Source: a virus
Lineage: Duplodnaviria > Caudoviricetes
Length of the DNA stretch: 30,582 nucleotides
IMG/VR virus record: IMGVR_UViG_3300034106_005968
Span: 1 to 30,582 of that record
Strand: one strand, 5' to 3'
The translations under genes and the position numbers were made by a program. Of this stretch, positions 16,672-26,313 are shown in pieces (within the stretch, counting starts at the first letter, position 1; each line of letters starts with the position of its first letter). Below the pieces are notes generated by a model. That model was not told the DNA's origin and did not search any database. It saw only the letters and a program-made list of their open reading frames with translations.

Positions 16672-18558
16672 ATGAGCAAAAAATCTAAAAAAATGGAAGT
16701 TTCAAATGCCTCAGAAATAATGCCCTTAATGGTAGAAGGGTCTTCGCAAAAGAATGGCACTTTTTCAGAAGCAAGAGCCTCGACTGCTATTAGAAGAAAT
16801 ATAGCAGGAGATATAGAAAGAACTAATAGGTTTATTAATATTGATCGAGGACTTATCCCATTTAGATTTAGTCCAAATATTCAAAACCTATCTACCTTAG
16901 ACGTTAGAGACGCTATCGTTCTATGTCAAAAAGCATATTATAATGTTGGTATTTTTAGAAATACAATTGACTTAATGACTGAATTTTCAGCTAGCCCAAT
17001 TTATTTAACTGGTGGCAGTCAAAAATCAAGAGAATTTTTTACAGCATATTTTAAGAAGATTAATTTGGCAAGTTTCCAAGATCAATTTTTTAGAGAATAC
17101 TATAGAAGTGGAAACGTATTCACTTATAGATTTGATACAGAATTATCACTAGAAGATACTTTAAAGATTGTGCAGGTTTTTGGTTCAAGAATCAAAGCAG
17201 CAAAAAATATTAAAATTCCAGCTAGATATACTATATTAAATCCTGCGGATATTTATGTTGGTGGATCAGTAAATTATAATTTTAATGTTTATTATAAACT
17301 CCTAAGTGATTATGAACTAGAAAGATTAAGAGATCCTAAAACAGATGAAGACATAGAGGTATTTAACTCTTTACCAGAACCTACCCAAAAACAAATTAAA
17401 AATAAAAATAATAGATTTATTCTAGTTCCTCTTGATGGTTCAAAATTAGCAGCAGTATTTTATAAGAAGCAAGATTACGAGCCACTTTCTATTCCAATGG
17501 GCTTTCCAGTTCTTGATGATATTAATTGGAAATTAGAAATGAAAAAAATGGATATGGCAGTTACAAGGACAACTCAACAAGCAATTTTACTTGTAACAAT
17601 GGGAGCAGAGCCAGAAAAAGGTGGAGTAAATCAAAGGAATCTTGAAGCAATGCAAAGTTTATTTGCAAATCAAAGTGTTGGCCGTGTTCTGATTGCAGAC
17701 TATACAACAAAAGCACAATTTGTTATACCTGATATTGGAAATCTTATTGGGCCAGAAAAATACGAAGTTGTAGATAGAGATATTCAAATTGGTTTAAATA
17801 ATATTCTTATTGGTAGCGAAAAATTCGCAAATCAAAGCATTAAAGTTCAAGTTTTCATTGAAAGATTAAAACAAGGTAGAGAAGTTTTTATTAATGAATT
17901 TTTAGTACCAGAAATTAGAAGAATCAGTAAAGATTTAGGATTTAAAAACTTTCCTCAACCATCATTTGAAGATATTAGCTTGAAAGATGATGTTCAATAC
18001 TCTAGAATATATAATCGTCTTATTGAACTTGGAATTCTTACTCCAGAAGAAGGAGTACAAGCCATTCAAACTGGAAGACTTCCAACTTCAGAAGAATCAA
18101 TTGAATCTCAACAAAAACTCAGATCTTTCAAAGATAAAGGTCTATATCAACCAATTATTGGTGGCGGTGGGGCTCAAGGTGGTAGACCATCTGGTTCAAC
18201 TGGAATTCCTCAATCAACAAAAAATGTTAAACCAGTAGGAACAAACGCTAACTTTTCAGTATCTAAAATTAAAGAAAATATATTAGCTGCACAAAATCTA
18301 GAAGAAGAGATTAAGTCAGCTTTTAGAAAAAAGTTGAATGTTAAGAAATTAAGTAACCAACAAAAAGAAGATGCAGAAAAAATCTCTGAAATTATTATAG
18401 CTAATGAAGTTCCAGCTGATTGGAATAATAAACTTCAAGATTATATTGAAAAACCTATCGATCAAAATTTAGAGCAAGTAAATAATATTCAAGAAATTGC
18501 AGTAGAACATCAAGTTACAAATTATATAGCTAGTCTTTTATATCACAGTAAATCTTGA
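16672..18558 (+). CDS. Portal protein
   Basis: 628 aa directly after terL; portal-like segments FFREYYRSGNVFTY and YKKQDYEPLSIPMGFPVLDDI. Confidence 0.78.
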   Translation: MSKKSKKMEVSNASEIMPLMVEGSSQKNGTFSEARASTAIRRNIAGDIERTNRFINIDRGLIPFRFSPNIQNLSTLDVRDAIVLCQKAYYNVGIFRNTIDLMTEFSASPIYLTGGSQKSREFFTAYFKKINLASFQDQFFREYYRSGNVFTYRFDTELSLEDTLKIVQVFGSRIKAAKNIKIPARYTILNPADIYVGGSVNYNFNVYYKLLSDYELERLRDPKTDEDIEVFNSLPEPTQKQIKNKNNRFILVPLDGSKLAAVFYKKQDYEPLSIPMGFPVLDDINWKLEMKKMDMAVTRTTQQAILLVTMGAEPEKGGVNQRNLEAMQSLFANQSVGRVLIADYTTKAQFVIPDIGNLIGPEKYEVVDRDIQIGLNNILIGSEKFANQSIKVQVFIERLKQGREVFINEFLVPEIRRISKDLGFKNFPQPSFEDISLKDDVQYSRIYNRLIELGILTPEEGVQAIQTGRLPTSEESIESQQKLRSFKDKGLYQPIIGGGGAQGGRPSGSTGIPQSTKNVKPVGTNANFSVSKIKENILAAQNLEEEIKSAFRKKLNVKKLSNQQKEDAEKISEIIIANEVPADWNNKLQDYIEKPIDQNLEQVNNIQEIAVEHQVTNYIASLLYHSKS

Positions 18559-18731
18559 GGAGAGCAAGGTAAAAAACTTAAATTTGAGTATTGACCAAGT
18601 AGTTCGCGAATTTCATTGAATTCTTTTTCTTCCTTTACATAAATAGATTCCATTGTATTTAAATCTGTTTCTTTTCGGAGTACTATGTAAATATTATCTT
18701 TTTTATAAGCAATATAAGATGTCTCTTTCAT
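18543..18731 (-). CDS. Small hypothetical protein (62 aa, MKETSYIAYKKD...)
   Basis: Minus-strand GTGTAA (18745-18740) N8 ATG 18731; fills the gap between portal and the next gene; start revised from the track's 18782. Confidence 0.65.
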   Translation of the reverse strand: MKETSYIAYKKDNIYIVLRKETDLNTMESIYVKEEKEFNEIRELLGQYSNLSFLPCSPQDLL

Positions 18732-18739
18732 ATACTTAT

Positions 18740-18760
18740 TTACACTCAAAAAATGTGTAA
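18740..18760. promoter_or_regulatory. Back-to-back GTGTAA motifs (TTACAC-N9-GTGTAA)
   Basis: Each half is 8 nt from an ATG (18731 minus, 18769 plus). Confidence 0.72.
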
Positions 18761-18768
18761 TATAAAAT

Positions 18769-19047
18769 ATGCGCACTTTCAATGGACTTCAGATTTTTAC
18801 AGAACAATTAACTAATACAGGTCAATTAGATTTGCGTTACGTTGGAATTACAGGAAGTAATGTCATTACAGGGCCTAAAACATTTCAAAATTTATTTGTT
18901 ATTCAACCATTCGGAGTACCAACAGGATCAATTGCGCCAGGAATAAGTGGTCAAGTTTGTTGGGACTCCAATTCTTTTTACATTTGCACAAGCGGAAACG
19001 GAGTTGGAAATGGTTTTTGGAAAAAGACAATCATAGGGAGTTTTTAA
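18769..19047 (+). CDS. Small fibre-associated protein A1
   Basis: N-terminal 25 aa 24/25 identical to ORF 21013; C-terminal GISGQVCWDSNSFYIC...W module. Confidence 0.7.
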   Translation: MRTFNGLQIFTEQLTNTGQLDLRYVGITGSNVITGPKTFQNLFVIQPFGVPTGSIAPGISGQVCWDSNSFYICTSGNGVGNGFWKKTIIGSF

Positions 19048-19050
19048 TTT

Positions 19051-20985
19051 ATGGCAGATAGAATTTTATCCGCAGTAGTTTATGATTCCGCAACAAATAG
19101 TTACGCTAATTTATCTCCAGCAAACTCTCCACTTTTAATAAATCCCACTGGAGATCTAGTTTTCAATACAAATAATCTTGCATTGTATAACAAGGACTCT
19201 AATAATAAAATTATTCGTCCAACTGGACCATTCTCTTTTTATTTTGGTACAAATTTAGATAATGTTTTAATTGGAGGAAATAATTCCACAATTATCGGTG
19301 GATGTCAATCTATATTAAATTCAACTGACTCTATGATTTCTGGTGATTATTTTTCAACTTATGGTGATCCAGTGTCTTGTCGTTTTACATATTATAGTTC
19401 AATAACAAATTCTACATCTAGTAAAATATTAGCCGCTGGGGGTTGGAGCTCAATTTATAGTTCCCAATTCTCTTGCGTAACTGGTGGGCAATTATCAACG
19501 ATTACAAATGGTTATGGTGTTTGTATTTTAAATGCTTCATTTTCAACTATTATAAATTCAAGTTCATCTAAACTATTAGGTACTTATTCAGTAACAAATA
19601 CCACTGGAGGCAGAACGTTCTCTTCGGAAGCAGCATATAATGCAAATTTATACTTTGGTGGTTATAATTGCGGAATTGAAGCAAATACTAGTCTAGCAAG
19701 ATTTAATAGTGTCTTAGGCGGAACAGGATGGGCAAATGGTCTTTCATTATTTTGGTCTACTGCTGCAGGAAATAGTGATATTTCTATACTAGGAGGTTAT
19801 CAAAACGCTATTATAACTAGTCAGAGAGCAACTATTACAAATTCCTTTTGTTCTACAATTTCTGGGGTTACGAATCTTCCTGGTATTGGAAGAAGTATGG
19901 GAGGAGGTGGAATTACGATAGCTTGTTGGGGCTATAATCAAGGAAATTCAATTTTAGGAAGTGACTGTTCATGCATTTTTAATCAAGTAACCAATAGTGT
20001 AATTTTAGGTGGATGTAAAAATGAAATTATTTCATCAGATTATCCAAGATATTTTTCTGGATCAGACTCAGCAACAAGATTCGATAGAATAGTATCATAT
20101 TCGGCTATTTTAGCTGGAGCAGAAAATCAAATAAGAATGGGAGCAAGTTGCTCTACAATACTTGGAGGTTACCAAAATAAAATTTGTAGTGGATTTTTAA
20201 ATAGCGTAATTTTAGGTGGATGGAATAATATATTAGGCTCAAATTTAAGTGGATGTTTTTCAACTATAAATAATGGACAAAATAATACTATTCAAGGCGG
20301 ATGCTTTCAAAATATATCTGCTGGTTCCAGCAATTTAATTGGCTGTGGAAATCGCAATACTATTTTAAATGGATCTTCTAACAGTATTTTCCAATCAAGT
20401 GGAATTGGTAATTTGATTGGAAATGGAGAATCTAATATCATAGGTAGCAATCCAACTAATATCGGTTCATGTTACAACACTATTCTTAATGGAAAATCAA
20501 ATTGCAATTATTCAAATTTACATTCTACAATAATCAATGGATGTAATAATAAAATTACTTCTGCAACTAGTAATTATATTTTCATTGGAGGAGGAAGTGA
20601 TCATTGCGTAGTTGGAAATGCATCATATAGTTATATATTAGGAGGTTACAAAGGTTATATTCAAAATGGTCATAGTGGATCTGCAGTTTTAGGTGATGGC
20701 CAAAATAGAGTTCATGCTTCTTTTAATTCTAATAATCTAACATTAGATTTTATAAATGGAGTTTATTTTGCTCAAACAGGAATATTTGGTGAAACTAATT
20801 TTTCTACTCGACCAAAAGTAAATAATATACCAATTTTAATAAGTGGACAAACATCTCAAATATTTACTTCGCCAGTAAGCGCCAATTCAGCTGGAACAAG
20901 TGGGCAATTTGTTGTAGATGGAGATTATTTCTATTTTTGTAAAAAAGACAATACTTGGGTAAGAACTGCATTATCTAGTTGGTAA
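19051..20985 (+). CDS. Tail fibre/adhesin with Gly/Asn/Cys-rich beta-solenoid repeats (B1)
   Basis: Repeated SxILGGxxNxI units; C-terminal GTSGQFVVDGDYFYFC...WVRTALSSW. Confidence 0.75.
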   Translation: MADRILSAVVYDSATNSYANLSPANSPLLINPTGDLVFNTNNLALYNKDSNNKIIRPTGPFSFYFGTNLDNVLIGGNNSTIIGGCQSILNSTDSMISGDYFSTYGDPVSCRFTYYSSITNSTSSKILAAGGWSSIYSSQFSCVTGGQLSTITNGYGVCILNASFSTIINSSSSKLLGTYSVTNTTGGRTFSSEAAYNANLYFGGYNCGIEANTSLARFNSVLGGTGWANGLSLFWSTAAGNSDISILGGYQNAIITSQRATITNSFCSTISGVTNLPGIGRSMGGGGITIACWGYNQGNSILGSDCSCIFNQVTNSVILGGCKNEIISSDYPRYFSGSDSATRFDRIVSYSAILAGAENQIRMGASCSTILGGYQNKICSGFLNSVILGGWNNILGSNLSGCFSTINNGQNNTIQGGCFQNISAGSSNLIGCGNRNTILNGSSNSIFQSSGIGNLIGNGESNIIGSNPTNIGSCYNTILNGKSNCNYSNLHSTIINGCNNKITSATSNYIFIGGGSDHCVVGNASYSYILGGYKGYIQNGHSGSAVLGDGQNRVHASFNSNNLTLDFINGVYFAQTGIFGETNFSTRPKVNNIPILISGQTSQIFTSPVSANSAGTSGQFVVDGDYFYFCKKDNTWVRTALSSW

Positions 20986-20998
20986 ATACACAATTAAA

Positions 20999-21004
20999 GT
21001 GTAA
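20999..21004 (+). promoter_or_regulatory. GTGTAA motif
   Basis: N8 to ATG 21013; partial inverted copy TACAC at 20987-20991. Confidence 0.7.
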
Positions 21005-21012
21005 ATCATTAC

Positions 21013-21294
21013 ATGCGCACATTTAATGGTCTTCAAATATTTACAGAGCAGCTTACTAATAGTGGTCAATTAGATCTAAGATATGTTAGAATAAGTGGCA
21101 ATAACGAAGTTCCTTATATTACTCTTGGAATGAGAATAGGTATAGGTAATAATCAACCATCTTCTCCAACTTCTCCTGGATTGCCAGGGCAAATTGCACT
21201 AGGAGATGCTTCTGCACCTTTGGGTGAGGGTATATATATTTGTTTATCAGATGGTAAATGGGCTGTTGCTCCATTAATAAGATTCGAGGCGTAA
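21013..21294 (+). CDS. Small fibre-associated protein A2
   Basis: Paralog of ORF 18769; PTSPGLPGQIALGD...IYIC...W. Confidence 0.7.
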   Translation: MRTFNGLQIFTEQLTNSGQLDLRYVRISGNNEVPYITLGMRIGIGNNQPSSPTSPGLPGQIALGDASAPLGEGIYICLSDGKWAVAPLIRFEA

Positions 21295-21297
21295 TTT

Positions 21298-22782
21298 ATG
21301 GCATTAGATAATATTTTTGTATTTAAAAAACAATCTGATGGTACATATTCTTATATTCCTGCCTCTGGTTTGTTGTTTGGTCTTGGATCAAGTGGAACAT
21401 TTGTTCTAGGCGATCAAACTAATAAGATATCTGGAGTATATAACAGTATATTAGGTGGTTCTAATAATTCTTTTGGTGGAAATACTTCAAGAAGTATTAT
21501 CGGCGGTGGAGATTATAATTGTATTCGTTTAGGAAATGGAAATTTTATTACAGCAGGAGAATTTAATTATATATCTGGATTTAAGAATTCACTTAATGTA
21601 ATTATTGGAGGTTGTTCAAATGTTATCTTAGGAAATCAAAGTCTTATAGGTGGTGGATGTGGAAATTTCTTAGGCGCAGGTATAAAAAATATAACATATT
21701 CTGGCGCATCTACAAATACAATTGTTGGTGGTCAATATAATTGTGCGTTTGCTGCAAATCCTTTTGATGCATCCTCCATATTTAATCAACTTAATGGTTG
21801 GAATGGAGTTAATTTTGATGGAACAGTTTATTATAATCCACCATGTGAATCTACAATAGTTGCAGGTATTCAAAATAGAATTGGCGGATGCAGAAGTTTC
21901 GTTGGTGGTGGCGCTACTAATTGGGCTATTAAAGATTATTCGTCTGTAATCAATGGTTATGATAATAAAAATTTATCAATATTTTCTACAATCATCAATG
22001 GTTGTGAGAATTTTATAGCAAATGGATGTTTTAATAAAATTGATAATGGATTCTGTAATCGCATAGGAATAAAATTTGGTGAGGGAATACTTAGTGTCAT
22101 AACTGCAACACAGTCATGTTTCTCTTCAATTGATAATGGTTGTTGTAATATAATCTTAAGTGGATGTGCTTCAAATATTAGAAATGGTTGTTGCAATAAT
22201 ATAACAAATACATATGGTGCCTCTATTGGAGGTGGCCAAAGGAATACTATTAATAACTCTTCAAATGGTGTTATTGGTGGTGGAACATTAAACAGCATGG
22301 TAGCGGCTGAAGCAGGTTTTATAGGTGGAGGTGGAGCAAATTGCGTTAAGGTATATGGAGTAGTAGTTGGTGGCCTTAGTAATTGCAATTTATCAGAGTA
22401 CTCTTCAATTTTAGGTGGCCAAAGCAACTGTATTTCTACAGATGGATATCATGCTACAATTGGTGGTGGTTTAGGAAATTGCATCTCTGCTTCTTATGGT
22501 TATATTATTGGTGGAAGACGTAGTAAAATACAATCTACTCATACTGGTGCAGCGATATTAGGCGATGGAGAAGATCGCAATCATCTTTCCTCTGGTCCTC
22601 ATACTCTAACATTAGATTTTGCAAGTGGCACTTATATTAAAAATAAAACAATACTCCAAAATTCATATGTTCCATCTACTTCAACTAGCCCTGGAACTAG
22701 TGGTCAAATAGCAACAGATTCAAATTATTTTTATTCTTACGATGGTTCAAAATGGAAAAGAACTGCGCTTGCTGAATGGTAA
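21298..22782 (+). CDS. Tail fibre/adhesin with Gly/Asn/Cys-rich repeats (B2)
   Basis: Same repeat type as ORF 19051; shared C-terminus HTGAAILGDG...LTLDF and GTSGQIATDSNYFY...WKRTALAEW. Confidence 0.75.
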   Translation: MALDNIFVFKKQSDGTYSYIPASGLLFGLGSSGTFVLGDQTNKISGVYNSILGGSNNSFGGNTSRSIIGGGDYNCIRLGNGNFITAGEFNYISGFKNSLNVIIGGCSNVILGNQSLIGGGCGNFLGAGIKNITYSGASTNTIVGGQYNCAFAANPFDASSIFNQLNGWNGVNFDGTVYYNPPCESTIVAGIQNRIGGCRSFVGGGATNWAIKDYSSVINGYDNKNLSIFSTIINGCENFIANGCFNKIDNGFCNRIGIKFGEGILSVITATQSCFSSIDNGCCNIILSGCASNIRNGCCNNITNTYGASIGGGQRNTINNSSNGVIGGGTLNSMVAAEAGFIGGGGANCVKVYGVVVGGLSNCNLSEYSSILGGQSNCISTDGYHATIGGGLGNCISASYGYIIGGRRSKIQSTHTGAAILGDGEDRNHLSSGPHTLTLDFASGTYIKNKTILQNSYVPSTSTSPGTSGQIATDSNYFYSYDGSKWKRTALAEW

Positions 22783-22787
22783 ATATA

Positions 22788-22793
22788 GTGTAA
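22788..22793 (+). promoter_or_regulatory. GTGTAA motif followed by an SD-like leader
   Basis: GTGTAA-N8-AAGGATTAAGGTAA-ATG 22816. Confidence 0.6.
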
Positions 22794-22815
22794 TCCTATA
22801 TAAGGATTAAGGTAA

Positions 22816-24099
22816 ATGGCTAGAAATAGAATAATCTATAATGTACAAGGTTTATTTGTTGGTCCATATAGTGGCGAACAAAATCCAACCACAGACTATT
22901 ATTTAAGCGGCTATCAAATATTAAAAAGAATAGAAAAAGTTCAAAATTTCAATTATGGTATAGATAACAATAGAATTAATCTAGAAGGTTTCGCTAGCAA
23001 GAAAAATATTTTTAGAGGACTAGCTTCTCAACCAACGGTTAATTTTACTTTTAGTTATACTCCAGATGGTTTTACTAATGAAAATAGATTAAATTTCGAT
23101 ACAGCAAATTTTTTATCTTCAATTCAAGCTCCAATGTTTTCTGGTTTATGCCAAGACAATTCAATTGTTGATAAAAAAGATTTTTATCTTGTTATAAATA
23201 ATAACGATAATGACCTTTTAGGTAATTATCCATTAACAGATTATTTTATAAATCCAACTGGAGTTAATGATGTTATAGATCCAAATTCTCCTAATTATTC
23301 TTTATTATATTTCCAAAATTCTTATTTAACGAAATATTCATTTTCTGTTAATGTAGGAGAAGTTCCAAGTGTTGAGCAAGCTTATATTGCTGACAATATA
23401 AATTTCTATATAAGTGGTAGTGGAGTAAATTATACTACATTAAATGTTCAATCTGGAAATCAAAACATAGAAAACACAAAATTAATAATTCCTAAAAATA
23501 TTAATCCATCAGATGTTAGTGGACAAAATATTCTTTTGCCAGGAGATGCTTCTGTATTATTTTCTACTTTAAATACTACTGGAGTTTTGTTCTATACAGA
23601 AACTTTAGAGACTTTAAGTTTTGATTTATCATTTGATAGGCAAAATTTAAGATCATTAAATTACAAATTCCCACAAGGAAGAAGCATTAATTTTCCAGTA
23701 AATTGCGATTTAAATATGTCTTTTGTTGTTGAAGAAAATCTAAGTGGATCATTTTTCGATACATTAAACAGAGATCAAGATTATAATATAGTTGTTAATT
23801 TTAGTAATTGTAGAACTGGAGTTTATCCAAGTAGATTTGTTTTTAGTGGCGCAAGATTTAATAATATTAATTATAATTCTTCTATAGGAACTAATAAAAC
23901 TGCTAATCTAAGTTTTAATTTTGATATTGATCCAGATTTTGGAGATAGAGGAATATTTGCTAGTGGAAATGTTTTATATGGACCCGCAGTCAGTCTGCTA
24001 GAAGCTTCAAATGCAGGATTAACTTCTGGACTTTTAGGAACAGAGAGTTCTATTGAATATGAACTTTCTGCGTCCGAAGCTTACATACTAAAGTATTAA
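22816..24099 (+). CDS. Tail tube-like structural protein
   Basis: 427 aa, beta-rich; RIEKVQNFNYG...PTVNFTFSY pattern resembles tube-fold proteins; structural context. Confidence 0.5.
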   Translation: MARNRIIYNVQGLFVGPYSGEQNPTTDYYLSGYQILKRIEKVQNFNYGIDNNRINLEGFASKKNIFRGLASQPTVNFTFSYTPDGFTNENRLNFDTANFLSSIQAPMFSGLCQDNSIVDKKDFYLVINNNDNDLLGNYPLTDYFINPTGVNDVIDPNSPNYSLLYFQNSYLTKYSFSVNVGEVPSVEQAYIADNINFYISGSGVNYTTLNVQSGNQNIENTKLIIPKNINPSDVSGQNILLPGDASVLFSTLNTTGVLFYTETLETLSFDLSFDRQNLRSLNYKFPQGRSINFPVNCDLNMSFVVEENLSGSFFDTLNRDQDYNIVVNFSNCRTGVYPSRFVFSGARFNNINYNSSIGTNKTANLSFNFDIDPDFGDRGIFASGNVLYGPAVSLLEASNAGLTSGLLGTESSIEYELSASEAYILKY

Positions 24100-24105
24100 G
24101 TGTAA
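24100..24105 (+). promoter_or_regulatory. GTGTAA motif
   Basis: N9 to ATG 24115. Confidence 0.6.
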
Positions 24106-24114
24106 ATTAAATAT

Positions 24115-24903
24115 ATGGCAACTAAAAATGTAAAAGACTTCCCAGGACAACAATCAATTAATTTAGATATTGACTCTATTTTAGCTGTTTCAGATAATAA
24201 TTTAAGAAGATTAAATGGAAATAATGCTTCTTTAACAATTAATAATATTTATGCAGCTAATATAATTTATAATACTGGAAATCAAACTATTAGCGGAGTT
24301 AAGAATTTTGTTTCTCTTCCAACTGTAAATAATACAGGAGTTCTTTTGAGTGGCCAAAGCCCTGCTATAAGCGATTCTTTAGTTACGCATATACGACCTA
24401 GCGGAACAAATAATGTTTTCGTTTCTTCTACTGCACTTGCTTCAACCTCTATTGGTAGTCAAAACAACATTGCTGTTGGGGTAAATGCACTTACCGCCAA
24501 CGTCGCGGGAGATGACAACGTTGCTATGGGCCATGAAGCCCTTTACTCTAACACAAACGGTAATGGCAATATTGGTATTGGGAGGGATGCACTAAAAAAT
24601 GCCAATGGACCTGATGCCAATATATGCATAGGTACTCAAGCGGGAGACGGTATTCAGGAAGGTGGCAGTAATATAATAATTGGACACGAAGCCGATGTTG
24701 ATAACTCTGGCAGGCAAAGGTGCATTGTCCTCGGAAGGAGCGCAACTTCCCCAGCAATCGACGGTTCGTTAGCGATTGGGGGCACTGCTGCGAATGCAAT
24801 GGCCAACCTTAATGTTACAGGCGCAGGGGCAGCTGCCGTAGGAGAATATTTAAACATTTACATAAACGGAGTTCAGCGCAAGATTGCTCTTTTACTACCG
24901 TAA
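24115..24903 (+). CDS. Fibre protein with YadA-head/Hep_Hag-like repeats
   Basis: NTGNQTISGVKNF and PTVNNTGVLLSG linker; NxAxGxxAL repeats; GC-richer 3' half. Confidence 0.72.
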   Translation: MATKNVKDFPGQQSINLDIDSILAVSDNNLRRLNGNNASLTINNIYAANIIYNTGNQTISGVKNFVSLPTVNNTGVLLSGQSPAISDSLVTHIRPSGTNNVFVSSTALASTSIGSQNNIAVGVNALTANVAGDDNVAMGHEALYSNTNGNGNIGIGRDALKNANGPDANICIGTQAGDGIQEGGSNIIIGHEADVDNSGRQRCIVLGRSATSPAIDGSLAIGGTAANAMANLNVTGAGAAAVGEYLNIYINGVQRKIALLLP

Positions 24904-24980
24904 ACAGGTAGTGTAAGTATATATGCTGGAAATGTATTAAAATTACATTAGATTTTAAAATTATATATTATTATAATAAT

Positions 24981-24986
24981 GTGTAA
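24981..24986 (+). promoter_or_regulatory. GTGTAA motif upstream of the lysis cassette
   Basis: N6 to ATG 24993; another copy at 24911-24916. Confidence 0.55.
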
Positions 24987-24992
24987 TCTTTT

Positions 24993-25274
24993 ATGAAAAC
25001 TATGCTATCTAAAATATTTGGCCCAAATTGGAGATCTAGCTCATCTGGAGTAGCCACAGTTATAGCAGTTTCTACTGCAATAGCAATTCATTCTGACCCT
25101 TCATTAGTAGCGTTTCTTCCAGATCACGCAGAAGTTTATATCACAGGAATTTCAAAATTAGTTGCAGTTGTTTCTGGTATTATTTTTGCATTAACAGTAA
25201 AAGATGCAGCAGTTACTGGTGGAACAGTAGCTCAAACAAATGAAGCAGAAAAAAGAACTGGAGAAAATATATGA
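24993..25274 (+). CDS. Putative holin
   Basis: 93 aa, two TM helices, NWRSS...G start and polar tail; first gene of the lysis cluster. Confidence 0.6.
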   Translation: MKTMLSKIFGPNWRSSSSGVATVIAVSTAIAIHSDPSLVAFLPDHAEVYITGISKLVAVVSGIIFALTVKDAAVTGGTVAQTNEAEKRTGENI

Positions 25275-25720
25275 ATAAATTAAACTTAATTGCAGTTGCT
25301 CTTTTGAGCATATTTCTTGGTGCTTGCGCCACAACACAAACTGGAAAAGTCGATGTTGAAACAAGCGTCTCAAATGCATTACCATATGTTAAACCAGCAG
25401 TTATATTAGCTTGCACAGTAGTTCTTGATCAAGCTGTTTCTGGTAATGATAGAATTGAAAAAGCTAAAATGATAAATCATGTAGCAGCTATTGTTGAAGG
25501 ACTAACAGTTGGAACTGCTCCAACTCCAGAACAATTACAAAAAGCTCTTAATGATTATCTTCCATCTGAAAAAACTCACTGGGTCAACTATGTTACTGTT
25601 ATCAAAGATATTTACGCTCAACAATTTGCAAGATTAAACGGCAATACTGCTCTGGCTATTAAGGTACTTAACGCTATTGCATCTGGATGTAAAGATGCTA
25701 CAGCAAGTTACGTAGACTAA
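25271..25720 (+). CDS. Lipoprotein
   Basis: MNKLNLIAVALLSIFLGAC lipobox; helical mature domain. Confidence 0.8.
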   Translation: MNKLNLIAVALLSIFLGACATTQTGKVDVETSVSNALPYVKPAVILACTVVLDQAVSGNDRIEKAKMINHVAAIVEGLTVGTAPTPEQLQKALNDYLPSEKTHWVNYVTVIKDIYAQQFARLNGNTALAIKVLNAIASGCKDATASYVD

Positions 25721-25722
25721 TC

Positions 25723-25923
25723 ATGCCAACTGGAATACTTCAAGCATTATTATCAGCAGTATCTGGAATATTCGCAGCAATTAACAATGTATTCGGCGCC
25801 AAGAATACAAAAGAAATGAAAGAGCGTCAAGAAGCTCAAAAAGAAGTCCACCATCAAAGTGAAATAGAAAAAGAAGTACAGGAGAAAAATCTTGAAGAAG
25901 TTCGCAAGCGTATTAGCTCTTAA
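25723..25923 (+). CDS. Candidate i-spanin-like small protein
   Basis: N-terminal hydrophobic helix then charged coiled coil; 3' end overlaps a lipoprotein gene. Confidence 0.5.
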   Translation: MPTGILQALLSAVSGIFAAINNVFGAKNTKEMKERQEAQKEVHHQSEIEKEVQEKNLEEVRKRISS

Positions 25924-26308
25924 TTTTTTTCTAATTGGTTGCGCTACTGTGACACCAAATAAAATAGAAGATGACAAATCTTCATATGATGCAAGTACTC
26001 CAAAGCAATATCAAAAAGATAATGGCGGATTAATTTCTTTTATTGGTGATGATGCTCTCATTACTCGTCAAGCGCGCGAACGATATAATAATTTAATTAA
26101 AATGTATAGAATCAAATTCAAAAAAGAAAAAGCAATTGATCTAGTTGAAGATTCTGGAATTAAACCTTATAAGGATACTTTTGGCAATGAATTATTTTTA
26201 ATTAATAGTGAACATCTTGTTTATTTTGGAGTACTTAATAGTTGGTTAAAAGAAAAAGTCCCAGCAGATAACATCATAGACAAGACCATAGATAAAATAA
26301 ATAATTAA
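25892..26308 (+). CDS. Lipoprotein, candidate o-spanin-like
   Basis: TTG start inside the previous gene; lipobox FLIGC. Confidence 0.65.
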   Translation: MKKFASVLALNFFLIGCATVTPNKIEDDKSSYDASTPKQYQKDNGGLISFIGDDALITRQARERYNNLIKMYRIKFKKEKAIDLVEDSGIKPYKDTFGNELFLINSEHLVYFGVLNSWLKEKVPADNIIDKTIDKINN

Positions 26309-26313
26309 ACAAA

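Noticed and set aside
6286-20002. GTGTAA copies inside coding regions (6286, 19997) and a TTACAC at 4728
   Set aside because: No start codon at the N8 spacing; compatible with chance
58-22782. Diversity-generating retroelement or invertase shufflon behind the duplicated modules
   Set aside because: No reverse transcriptase or recombinase in the window, differences are not adenine-specific and all modules are co-oriented
24923-24940. Five-codon ORF MLEMY after GTGTAA 24911
   Set aside because: Too short, N6 spacing, and better explained as the fibre C-terminal relic
21670-25977. Minus-strand ORFs in the fibre and lysis genes
   Set aside because: Antisense shadows with no GTGTAA-N8 or SD support
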